A stretch of 32,682 nucleotides of DNA from a virus (Duplodnaviria > Heunggongvirae > Uroviricota > Caudoviricetes > Ackermannviridae), in the IMG/VR virus record IMGVR_UViG_2974514734_000001, positions 1-32,682 of that record; one strand, 5' to 3'. The notes below the pieces were generated by a model that saw nothing but the letters and a program-made list of their open reading frames with translations, was not told the origin of the DNA and made no database searches. Of the stretch, positions 5,810 through 14,043 are shown one piece after another. Numbering within the stretch: the first letter of the stretch is position 1; the number at the start of each line of letters is the position of its first letter. The position numbers and the translations under genes are program-made.

Positions 5810-8800
5810 ATGGCCAACAAACCAACACAGCCTCTTTTCCCTTTGGGTTTAGAAACTTCTGAGTCTTCGAACATAAAAGGCTTCAACAACTCCGGCACTA
5901 TTGAGCATTCCCCTGGTGCCGTAATGACATTTCCTGAAGATACTGAAGTTACAGGTCTTCCATCTTCTGTACGTTACAATCCTGATAGTGATGAATTTGA
6001 AGGTTATTACGAAACCGGTGGTTGGTTGTCTTTGGGGGGTGGTGGAATACGCTGGGAAACGCTCCCTCACGCTCCCTCTAGCAATTTGTTAGAAGGTCGT
6101 GGCTATCTCATTAATAATACCACAGGGACATCTACAGTGGTTCTCCCTTCCCCTACGCGTATTGGGGATTCTGTTACTATTTGTGATGCTTATGGGAAAT
6201 TTGCCACTTACCCATTGACCGTGTCTCCTTCTGGAAATAATTTGTATGGCTCCACTGAAGACATGGCTATAACAACTGATAATGTTTCAGCAACGTTCAC
6301 TTGGTCTGGACCTGAACAAGGTTGGGTTATCACATCCGGCGTCGGTCTTGGTCAAGGCCGTGTCTACAGTCGTGAAATCTTTACGCAAATTTTGGCGTCT
6401 GAAACAAGTGCTGTTACTCTCAATACTCCACCAACAATCGTGGACGTGTATGCTGACGGAAAACGTCTTGCGGAATCCAAATATTCACTAGATGGAAATG
6501 TAATCACTTTCAGTCCTTCTTTGCCAGCCAGCACAGAACTTCAGGTGATTGAATATACTCCTATTCAATTGGGTAATGGCGGTGGTTCTGGTTCTTCTAC
6601 GATTACCTGGGTCTATAATGGGGGTTCAGCGATTGGCGGTGAAACCGAAATCACGTTAGACATCGTTGTTGATGATGTTCCGGCCATTGATATAAACGGA
6701 AGTCGCCAGTATAAAAATCTGGGGTTCACATTCGATCCATTAACCAGTAAAATCACTCTTGCGCAAGAACTGGATGCGGAGGATGAAGTTGTTGTAATTA
6801 TCAATGGAACGCCAAACATCTATAATCAAATTGATTATACTTTGCGGGAAGTGGCTCGTGTAACCAATGTTAAAGATACAGAGGTCATTTATTTTAGTGT
6901 TGGTGCTGTGTTAAGTGGATATAAAGTTATCTATGATAAAGTAACACAGAGATCATATTTTATTCCAGAGCTACCGACTGGAACCACGGCAGTCAGCCTT
7001 AGTTCTTCGGCTGTACTTGTGCATTCTGCTGGTAGTGTTGATCTGGGCGCATTAGCTGTATCTCGTGAAGAATATGTTACATTGTCTGGTTCATTTGATT
7101 CTGGTGCTGTCATCAATGTTAAAAATGAATTACTTACTCATACAGATGGTAAGTATCGTTGGGATGGGGCATTACCTAAAACTGTCGATGCTGGATCAAC
7201 GCCTGCATCAACTGGTGGCATCGGCGTAGGGAAGTGGTTAAGCGTTGGCGATGCGGCATTACGAACTAATTTAGCTTCTTATAATGGTTTTTCCCTGATT
7301 GGTGTGTGTCCTGATGTAATCACGTTGCGAACGCTTTCCGTACCAATTGGTAAGAAAGTATTGTTGCTCGGATATCATTCAGATCATCCTGGCACTGGCG
7401 GCGGAACCCTTTACGCCTCAAGTGATACATCACTAGCTGATGATGGTGTACGTGTTTTTGTCACATCAGATGGAACCCGTTTGGTAAGAGAGACTAATGG
7501 GGAGTTATATGCCTCATGGGCAGGTGCTGTTGGTGACTGGAACGGAACTACTGGCACAGATAATAAGGAAGCAATAGAACGGCTTATCACAGCATCAGGG
7601 ACTGAATTTAAATGGGTTATTGATTTAACGAATATTGGCGTAAGTTCTGTCGTTATTGATAACAAAAATAACTGGAATGGGCATATAAACGGCAGTGTAA
7701 TCAATATTTCAGCTAAGCCAGCTGCCGGTGCCGTAGACAGAAAAGATCAGGATGGTGGATTGCTACCAACCATTAAAATTACAAACTCTGATGGCTGGAA
7801 ATTAACAGGTTCTTTTGTCGACAATCGTTATCGTGAGGCTTTCTATGTAGAATACTGCGATAACTTTGAACTAGGCTGCGCAAACCTTGGTAGTGGAATT
7901 AACAATAATCTTGCGGCTAACCATTTCAGATACTGTAACCATTTTAAGTTAAATGGATGGAAGGTTGAAAAGTCGGGGGTTATTCCACTTGCAGGTTATT
8001 ACGATTGGGTTCAAGCTATAAGGATGTGGGACTGCTCTGGATTTATCATTGATGGATTAACATCACACATGAATGCAGGTAATGGTATTTATATCGCCAG
8101 TAACTGCAAAGACTATGTTGTTACTAACTTTGACATAACAGAAAACGCCATGTCAGGAATACAGCTCGCTTGGTCAGGTTTTGGTGTAATGCCAATTAGA
8201 GGTGTTATCTCTAACGGAACCATCACTGGAAACAGGGCTGACAGTATAGACGTTAACAATACCAGCGGTATCAAAGCGAGACTTGATCTGATAATTTCCG
8301 GTGTTATAAATGCAAACAATGGTTACAACTCTGACGGAACGGTAACTGCCGACGGTTCTGGTTTGGGTACATTTATTAATGTTTCCCATTTCATAGTTGA
8401 CGAGTGCTCTTCAACATCGCCAGCCCGCTCTGGAGTAGCTATAAGTAACTGCTCCAATTTCAGAGTAAAAGGTATTATAAAAAAAGACCAGCCATCTAAT
8501 AGTGATGGACATGGGGTATACATTGAAAACAGCGCTGATGGTGAAATAGACGTTGACTGTATTACTGACTCTGCTAACGCAAACATGTACTCCATACGAA
8601 CTTACGGGGCGCTTGAAAACATACACCTTTCAGGCAAATATGTTGGATATACCTTGTTTGGAGATGATGCAACTTATGTTAACTGCTCTCTTGATAAAGC
8701 GTCAATAATTTCCCCGACTACAGTCGCAAATCGTTTCCCATGGGAAAATGTGAACGTAGTTGTTTCTGGTTCAAATGCTGTTGATATCAAATCAACAGTG

Positions 8801-9139
8801 AATAGTTGCCGATTTGTTTCTAACAATGGTCATGGGGGTGTGTTGTCTTCAGGTAACAACGATATTTCTGACTCAGAATTCTATGGAACAGATGGTGGAC
8901 TTTACTGTGCTGACAACATTGGTCAGGTTAGGGTTAGAGGTGGTGTAGCCCAGGGTGGCTCAGCAGCAGGACTACGAATTAGTGGTGGTGAAAAGCATAT
9001 CATTGAAGGGTTAACCACAAAATCAACATCAGGCAACTCCTGTGTTATCACCAATGCTTCCAAAGTGATATACATTGGAAATGATGACTCTGCTAACCCA
9101 ACAAACTTTACAGGAACAACATTTACACTTCAGAACTAA
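5810..9139 (+). CDS. tsp4: Tailspike protein TSP4 (hub with XD domains, TD tandem domains, beta-helix receptor-binding domain)
   Basis: The N-terminus MANKPTQPLFPLGLETSESS... is recognised as kuttervirus TSP4-type. It contains the YRWDGALPKTV..GSTPASTGG box and a beta-helix-like C-terminal region. Confidence 0.92.
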   Translation: MANKPTQPLFPLGLETSESSNIKGFNNSGTIEHSPGAVMTFPEDTEVTGLPSSVRYNPDSDEFEGYYETGGWLSLGGGGIRWETLPHAPSSNLLEGRGYLINNTTGTSTVVLPSPTRIGDSVTICDAYGKFATYPLTVSPSGNNLYGSTEDMAITTDNVSATFTWSGPEQGWVITSGVGLGQGRVYSREIFTQILASETSAVTLNTPPTIVDVYADGKRLAESKYSLDGNVITFSPSLPASTELQVIEYTPIQLGNGGGSGSSTITWVYNGGSAIGGETEITLDIVVDDVPAIDINGSRQYKNLGFTFDPLTSKITLAQELDAEDEVVVIINGTPNIYNQIDYTLREVARVTNVKDTEVIYFSVGAVLSGYKVIYDKVTQRSYFIPELPTGTTAVSLSSSAVLVHSAGSVDLGALAVSREEYVTLSGSFDSGAVINVKNELLTHTDGKYRWDGALPKTVDAGSTPASTGGIGVGKWLSVGDAALRTNLASYNGFSLIGVCPDVITLRTLSVPIGKKVLLLGYHSDHPGTGGGTLYASSDTSLADDGVRVFVTSDGTRLVRETNGELYASWAGAVGDWNGTTGTDNKEAIERLITASGTEFKWVIDLTNIGVSSVVIDNKNNWNGHINGSVINISAKPAAGAVDRKDQDGGLLPTIKITNSDGWKLTGSFVDNRYREAFYVEYCDNFELGCANLGSGINNNLAANHFRYCNHFKLNGWKVEKSGVIPLAGYYDWVQAIRMWDCSGFIIDGLTSHMNAGNGIYIASNCKDYVVTNFDITENAMSGIQLAWSGFGVMPIRGVISNGTITGNRADSIDVNNTSGIKARLDLIISGVINANNGYNSDGTVTADGSGLGTFINVSHFIVDECSSTSPARSGVAISNCSNFRVKGIIKKDQPSNSDGHGVYIENSADGEIDVDCITDSANANMYSIRTYGALENIHLSGKYVGYTLFGDDATYVNCSLDKASIISPTTVANRFPWENVNVVVSGSNAVDIKSTVNSCRFVSNNGHGGVLSSGNNDISDSEFYGTDGGLYCADNIGQVRVRGGVAQGGSAAGLRISGGEKHIIEGLTTKSTSGNSCVITNASKVIYIGNDDSANPTNFTGTTFTLQN

Positions 9140-9143
9140 ATAA

Positions 9144-9236
9144 AACGGGACGTTAGCTTTTTATTTTGAGGCAGGTTCCCTTAAAGTTTTGTATAAAAGA
9201 CCAGACGGAACATATAATAGAGTAAATATAGGTTAA
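9144..9236 (+). pseudogene. Orphan relic of a tailspike C-terminus (NGTLAFYFEAGSLKVLYKRPDGTYNRVNIG*)
   Basis: Start-less frame, +1 relative to TSP4, that aligns without gaps to the TSP3 C-terminus INTMSLYLDAGALWALIRLPDGSKTRMKLSV*. Confidence 0.75.
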
Positions 9237-9237
9237 A

Positions 9238-9260
9238 AACCCCGCTTTGGCGGGGTTCTT
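9238..9260. terminator. Intrinsic terminator-like hairpin
   Basis: AACCCCGC-TTTG-GCGGGGTT, flanked by an A-run and T-rich sequence. Confidence 0.8.
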
Positions 9261-9329
9261 ATTATACCTTTGTTCATATTTGATTAGTTCAGACTAAATA
9301 CCCCATATTGGTCATCCTTTATGGGGTAT
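9240..9329 (+). repeat. Inter-tailspike cassette copy 1 (terminator, CTAAATA at 9294-9300, SD hairpin)
   Basis: Near-identical to 11474-11566, differing at only three short patches. Confidence 0.92.
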
Positions 9330-9333
9330 TATC

Positions 9334-11460
9334 ATGATTTCTCAATTCAATCAACCACGCGGCTCCACTTCCGTAGAAGTTAACAAACAATCTATCGCTC
9401 GAAATTTCGGTGTCAAAGAAGACGAAGTCGTTTATTTCTCTTCTGGTATTGATCTCAGTGGATTTAAAGTAATTTATGATGAGTCTACCCAACGGGCTTA
9501 TTCTCTTCCTTCGGGTATTGTTTCAGGAACGACTGCGATAAGCCTGAACGAACAAGCCATCCTCACTCATTCCGCTGGCTCTGTTGACCTTGGGGAATTA
9601 GCAGTAAGTCGCGAAGAATATGTGACTTTACCTGGTTCTTTTAATTTCGGCCATACCATTAATGTGAAAAATGAACTTCTTGTTCACGATGATAAAAAAT
9701 ATCGATGGGATGGTGCATTACCTAAAGTTGTTCCTGCTGGTTCAACGCCTGCATCAACTGGTGGCGTTGGCTTAGGTGCTTGGGTTAGTGTTGGTGATGC
9801 TGCATTTAGGCAGGAAGCTAATAAGAAATTCAAATATTCAGTAAAGTTATCTGATTATTCTACATTACAGGATGCAGTTACTGATGCCGTTGATGGATTG
9901 CTTATTGATATCAATTACAACTTCACAGATGGTGAGTCTGTAGATTTTGGTGGTAAGATTTTAACCATTAACTGTAAGGCTAAGTTTATTGGAGATGGGG
10001 CTTTAATCTTTAATAATATGGGGCCAGGCTCGGTAATTAATCAACCATTCATGGAGAGCAAGACTACTCCATGGGTCATTTTCCCGTGGGATGCTGATGG
10101 TAAATGGATTACAGATGCTGCCCTTGTTGCTGCAACGCTGAAGCAATCAAAGATTGAAGGCTATCAACCTGGGGTAAATGACTGGGTTAAATTCCCTGGA
10201 TTAGAAGCATTACTCCCACAGAACGTTAAAGACCAACATATTGCAGCCACTCTAGATATTCGCAGTGCCAGCCGAGTAGAAATAAGAAATGCTGGTGGTC
10301 TTATGGCTGCTTACCTTTTCCGTAGTTGTCATCACTGCAAGGTAATTGATTCAGATAGCATCATTGGTGGTAAAGATGGAATCATTACCTTTGAGAACCT
10401 TAGTGGTGATTGGGGATTAGGTAATTATGTTATTGGTGGACGTGTTCATTATGGTTCTGGTAGTGGTGTTCAGTTCCTGAGAAATAATGGTGGTGAATCC
10501 CACAATGGTGGAGTTATTGGTGTTACATCATGGCGAGCGGGTGAGTCTGGTTTCAAGACTTATCAGGGTTCCGTTGGTGGTGGTACTGCACGTAACTATA
10601 ATCTACAGTTCAGGGATTCTGTTGCATTGTCTCCTGTTTGGGATGGTTTTGACTTGGGTTCTGACCCAGGTATGGCACCAGAACCGGATAGACCTGGGGA
10701 TTTACCTGTATCTGAATACCCATTTCACCAACTGCCTAATAACCATTTGGTTGATAATATTCTTGTTATGAACTCACTTGGTGTTGGTTTAGGTATGGAT
10801 GGTAGTGGTGGGTATGTTTCTAACGTTACCGTACAGGATTGTGCTGGTGCAGGTATGCTTGCACATACTTACAACCGTGTATTTTCTAACATTACAGTTA
10901 TTGATTGTAACTACCTTAATTTTGATTCTGACCAAATTATCATTATAGGTGATTGTATTGTTAATGGGATTAGGGCTGCTGGGATTAAACCACAACCATC
11001 AAATGGTCTGGTTATCAGTGCACCAAACTCCACAATAAGTGGGTTGGTCGGTAATGTTCCTCCAGATAAAATTCTTGTTGGTAACTTACTTGACCCAGTA
11101 TTAGGTCAGTCTAGAGTCATCGGGTTCAATAGTGATACTGCTGAGTTGGCTCTACGTATTAACAAGCTGTCAGCTACTCTGGATAGTGGTGCTTTACGTT
11201 CCCATCTGAACGGTTATGCTGGTTCTGGTTCAGCATGGACTGAGTTAACTGCACTCTCTGGTTCAACCCCTAATGCTGTATCTCTCAAGGTTAACCGAGG
11301 AGATTATAAGACAACTGAGATACCTATTTCTGGTACAGTATTACCGGATGAAGGTGTGTTGGATATTAATACAATGTCCTTGTACTTAGATGCGGGTGCA
11401 CTGTGGGCTTTGATACGACTCCCTGATGGAAGTAAAACACGTATGAAGTTATCTGTGTAA
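9334..11460 (+). CDS. tsp3: Tailspike TSP3 with P22-like endorhamnosidase domain (708 aa)
   Basis: The MISQFNQPRGSTS N-terminus is TSP3-type. KFKYSVKLSDY.TLQDA...VDGLLID.NYNF..GE.VDFGGK.LTI.CKAKFIGDG matches the start of the P22 tailspike beta-helix as I recall it. Confidence 0.92.
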   Translation: MISQFNQPRGSTSVEVNKQSIARNFGVKEDEVVYFSSGIDLSGFKVIYDESTQRAYSLPSGIVSGTTAISLNEQAILTHSAGSVDLGELAVSREEYVTLPGSFNFGHTINVKNELLVHDDKKYRWDGALPKVVPAGSTPASTGGVGLGAWVSVGDAAFRQEANKKFKYSVKLSDYSTLQDAVTDAVDGLLIDINYNFTDGESVDFGGKILTINCKAKFIGDGALIFNNMGPGSVINQPFMESKTTPWVIFPWDADGKWITDAALVAATLKQSKIEGYQPGVNDWVKFPGLEALLPQNVKDQHIAATLDIRSASRVEIRNAGGLMAAYLFRSCHHCKVIDSDSIIGGKDGIITFENLSGDWGLGNYVIGGRVHYGSGSGVQFLRNNGGESHNGGVIGVTSWRAGESGFKTYQGSVGGGTARNYNLQFRDSVALSPVWDGFDLGSDPGMAPEPDRPGDLPVSEYPFHQLPNNHLVDNILVMNSLGVGLGMDGSGGYVSNVTVQDCAGAGMLAHTYNRVFSNITVIDCNYLNFDSDQIIIIGDCIVNGIRAAGIKPQPSNGLVISAPNSTISGLVGNVPPDKILVGNLLDPVLGQSRVIGFNSDTAELALRINKLSATLDSGALRSHLNGYAGSGSAWTELTALSGSTPNAVSLKVNRGDYKTTEIPISGTVLPDEGVLDINTMSLYLDAGALWALIRLPDGSKTRMKLSV

Positions 11461-11473
11461 TAAGTAACTTATG

Positions 11474-11566
11474 CCCCGCTTTGGCGGGGTTTTTATTATA
11501 CCTTTGTTCATAAATTTTATTAGTTCAGACTAAATACCCCATATTGGCAAATCCTTTATGGGGTAT
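11474..11566 (+). repeat. Inter-tailspike cassette copy 2 (terminator, CTAAATA at 11530-11536, SD hairpin)
   Basis: Near-identical to 9240-9329. Confidence 0.92.
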
Positions 11567-11572
11567 CTTCAA

Positions 11573-13969
11573 ATGACCAGAAACGTCGAGAGCATCTTTG
11601 GAGCGGTTGTAACAGCCCCGCACCAGATTCCATACACTTATACCGCAACGGGCGGAGAGACGTTTATCTCCCTCCCGTTCTATCCTGTTACGGGCTTCAT
11701 CACCATCAACGGCGGCGTCCAGGTTCCTGTTGACAACTATGAAATCGATGGTAACACTGTCAACCTCGGTCGAGCTCTAGAGGCTGATGATGTAGTGTAC
11801 TGTCTGTTTGACAAGATCCTGTCCCCAGAAGATTATGAAAACGGGATTCGAATCTACAAGTTCCAGGCCGTTGGCAACGAAACAACGTTCACTCCCGACT
11901 TCACCACATACGGTGTACAGACCCTGTATATCGATGGTAAGTTCCAGGTTCCTGGGGTTGACTACAATTACAACAGCGCGACTGGTGTAGTGTCATTCCT
12001 GAATGGATCTCCGACTGCTGGTGTTTGGGTTGTGGCTGAGATGTCCATTAAACAGAATTACCTGGCGCTCTCTTCCGATAGTGGAGCCAGCTTGGTGGGG
12101 ACTTCTTCAGGTAACACCGTTCAAGAAGTTCTTAATTCACATTCTGGCTCTTTCCAGACTGGGGTAAAACTCCTTAGTTCTAATGACTTAATCGTGGATC
12201 AGTCTGTTATCCCTAACCAACTTTATCGTTGGGATGGTGCATTTCCTAAAACTGTAGCTGCTGGCTCATCACCCGCATCAACTGGCGGCGTTGGCAATGG
12301 TTCTTGGGTTAGTGTTGGTGATGCGACATTAAGAGGTGAGTTAAATAATGAAGGGGTAATCAATTTCTCCCATGCTGATACGTATGGTAATGACAGTGTA
12401 GGAGCGCATCTTCAAAATGTCGTATACCCAACAGACGCCCCTTTCAATGCCGCTACAGATGGTACTACAGACACAACAGTAGCTATTAAAAGTGCAATAG
12501 CGCACTGTATATCAAAGGGTAAAAAATTAGTATTAAATCATTTGTTCATGATTACAGATACTCTGGTAATCAGTGATGGGTTGCATGTTGAGTGTCTTAC
12601 TAGTGACTCAGGTGTTAAGTCTGATGTACCAGCAGGTAAATTTGCAGTAAAAATAACGGGGGCCAATTCTGGTTGGTTTGGGGGTAAAATCCTGGGTAAA
12701 AACTTACCAGAATCTACAACAGTAAGGCAGGATGGCGTACTCTTTGATGAGAATGCTGAATACTGCTTTATTACTGGTACAGAGGTTACTGGCTTCTTTG
12801 CAAAAGGTTTGCATACCTCAGATGCTGATGGTGTAGGCTATGGTATTTACGATAAAGGGTATGGTACTCTCATCTCTAAATGTTATGCAAACTCAAAGTT
12901 CTGTGTAGCTCTGGGTGGTACTGAGGGTCGCGTACTTAAGAACCGTATAACCAATAACTACCTTACATCCGGGGAGGCTAAACCATGGAGCTGGGCTAGC
13001 AACTATTGGGATGGGATAGTATCCGAGAATGCTCACAGATATGTCATCGCTTTTAATGATGTATCAGCCTGTGGACAGAGTGGAATTTACTTTGGTGGGA
13101 ATGGTGGTTATTCAACAGATAACATCATCGTAAATAACACTGTTTACGCCTGCTGGAACCGTGGTATTGATATGGGTTTGTTTTCTGAAAAATCGGCAAC
13201 AAATGACGTACTCAGAAATATCATCAAGGGTAACAATACCTATAACAACCGAGAAAATAATATCTGGCTTGCAGGTGTTAGTAACTGCTCAGTAGTTGGT
13301 AATACATCGTGGTTTGACACCAATTATGATGTAATTTTTGCAGGTTATCCAGGCGGTCATATTTGTATTAGTCTAGCTTCTGGTGCAAATGGGGAAGCTT
13401 GTGTAGGGAACACAATCGACTCTAATACTTGTATTGACCCTAGAGGTAATGCAGGTATAACAGTACCTACTGGGGCAACTGGTAATGTTTTTGGATCAGG
13501 TAATAATCTATCTCAAGCTGGGGCTATTTATATAGCTTCACCTGACTTGATTACGTCTAACAGATTTGAACTGGCAGTCACTGGTTCGTTCACACCAGTC
13601 CTGCTTCCTGCAAGCGGAAGTATAACCCTGTCGTCATCAAGTACAGGAGTCTTTAGGGCAACCGGCAATAGAATAGATTTTTCCGTAACAGTAAATGTAT
13701 CTTCAATATCATCGCCAAGTGGGAATTTAAATATCGCCTATCTTCCAGGAATGAGTGGGAAAACAAGCTCAACATCAATGTTTATTATTGACTATTGGAA
13801 TGATTTAACGTTATCAAGTGGTGTAATTCCATTGGCATCATTAAATTTAGAAAATCAAGATCAAATAACAGTCTACCGAACTGATGGGGGAAGGGTTCTC
13901 TATGACTTTTCTTCATTGATGAAATCAACATCATCGTTTATATTAAAAGGTTTTGTTGATTTTAACTAA
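11573..13969 (+). CDS. tsp2: Tailspike TSP2 (798 aa from MTRNV), beta-helix depolymerase
   Basis: The MTRNVES.FGAVVTAPHQIP N-terminus is TSP2-type (XD domains). It has the YRWDG box and beta-helix N/D-rich coils. The ATG at 11558 lies inside the SD hairpin, so 11573 is preferred. Confidence 0.9.
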   Translation: MTRNVESIFGAVVTAPHQIPYTYTATGGETFISLPFYPVTGFITINGGVQVPVDNYEIDGNTVNLGRALEADDVVYCLFDKILSPEDYENGIRIYKFQAVGNETTFTPDFTTYGVQTLYIDGKFQVPGVDYNYNSATGVVSFLNGSPTAGVWVVAEMSIKQNYLALSSDSGASLVGTSSGNTVQEVLNSHSGSFQTGVKLLSSNDLIVDQSVIPNQLYRWDGAFPKTVAAGSSPASTGGVGNGSWVSVGDATLRGELNNEGVINFSHADTYGNDSVGAHLQNVVYPTDAPFNAATDGTTDTTVAIKSAIAHCISKGKKLVLNHLFMITDTLVISDGLHVECLTSDSGVKSDVPAGKFAVKITGANSGWFGGKILGKNLPESTTVRQDGVLFDENAEYCFITGTEVTGFFAKGLHTSDADGVGYGIYDKGYGTLISKCYANSKFCVALGGTEGRVLKNRITNNYLTSGEAKPWSWASNYWDGIVSENAHRYVIAFNDVSACGQSGIYFGGNGGYSTDNIIVNNTVYACWNRGIDMGLFSEKSATNDVLRNIIKGNNTYNNRENNIWLAGVSNCSVVGNTSWFDTNYDVIFAGYPGGHICISLASGANGEACVGNTIDSNTCIDPRGNAGITVPTGATGNVFGSGNNLSQAGAIYIASPDLITSNRFELAVTGSFTPVLLPASGSITLSSSSTGVFRATGNRIDFSVTVNVSSISSPSGNLNIAYLPGMSGKTSSTSMFIIDYWNDLTLSSGVIPLASLNLENQDQITVYRTDGGRVLYDFSSLMKSTSSFILKGFVDFN

Positions 13970-13973
13970 CAAA

Positions 13974-13999
13974 AACCCCGCTTCGGCGGGGTTAGTTTT
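13974..13999 (+). terminator. Intrinsic terminator-like hairpin with C(UUCG)G loop
   Basis: AACCCCGC-TTCG-GCGGGGTT followed by AGTTTT (interrupted U tract). Confidence 0.8.
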
Positions 14000-14043
14000 G
14001 TTATAGTTAAGTGACACTTGAGAATAACAACAGGAGATTCTTT

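Noticed and set aside
9136-9142. CTAAATA at the TSP4 stop as a promoter for the relic peptide
   Set aside because: The relic frame has no start codon or SD, and AT-rich chance matches are likely.
9261-9266. - strand TATAAT in both inter-TSP cassettes (also 11495-11500) as an antisense promoter
   Set aside because: No acceptable upstream hexamer at 14 or 17 nt and no TG extension. It would run straight into the hairpin.
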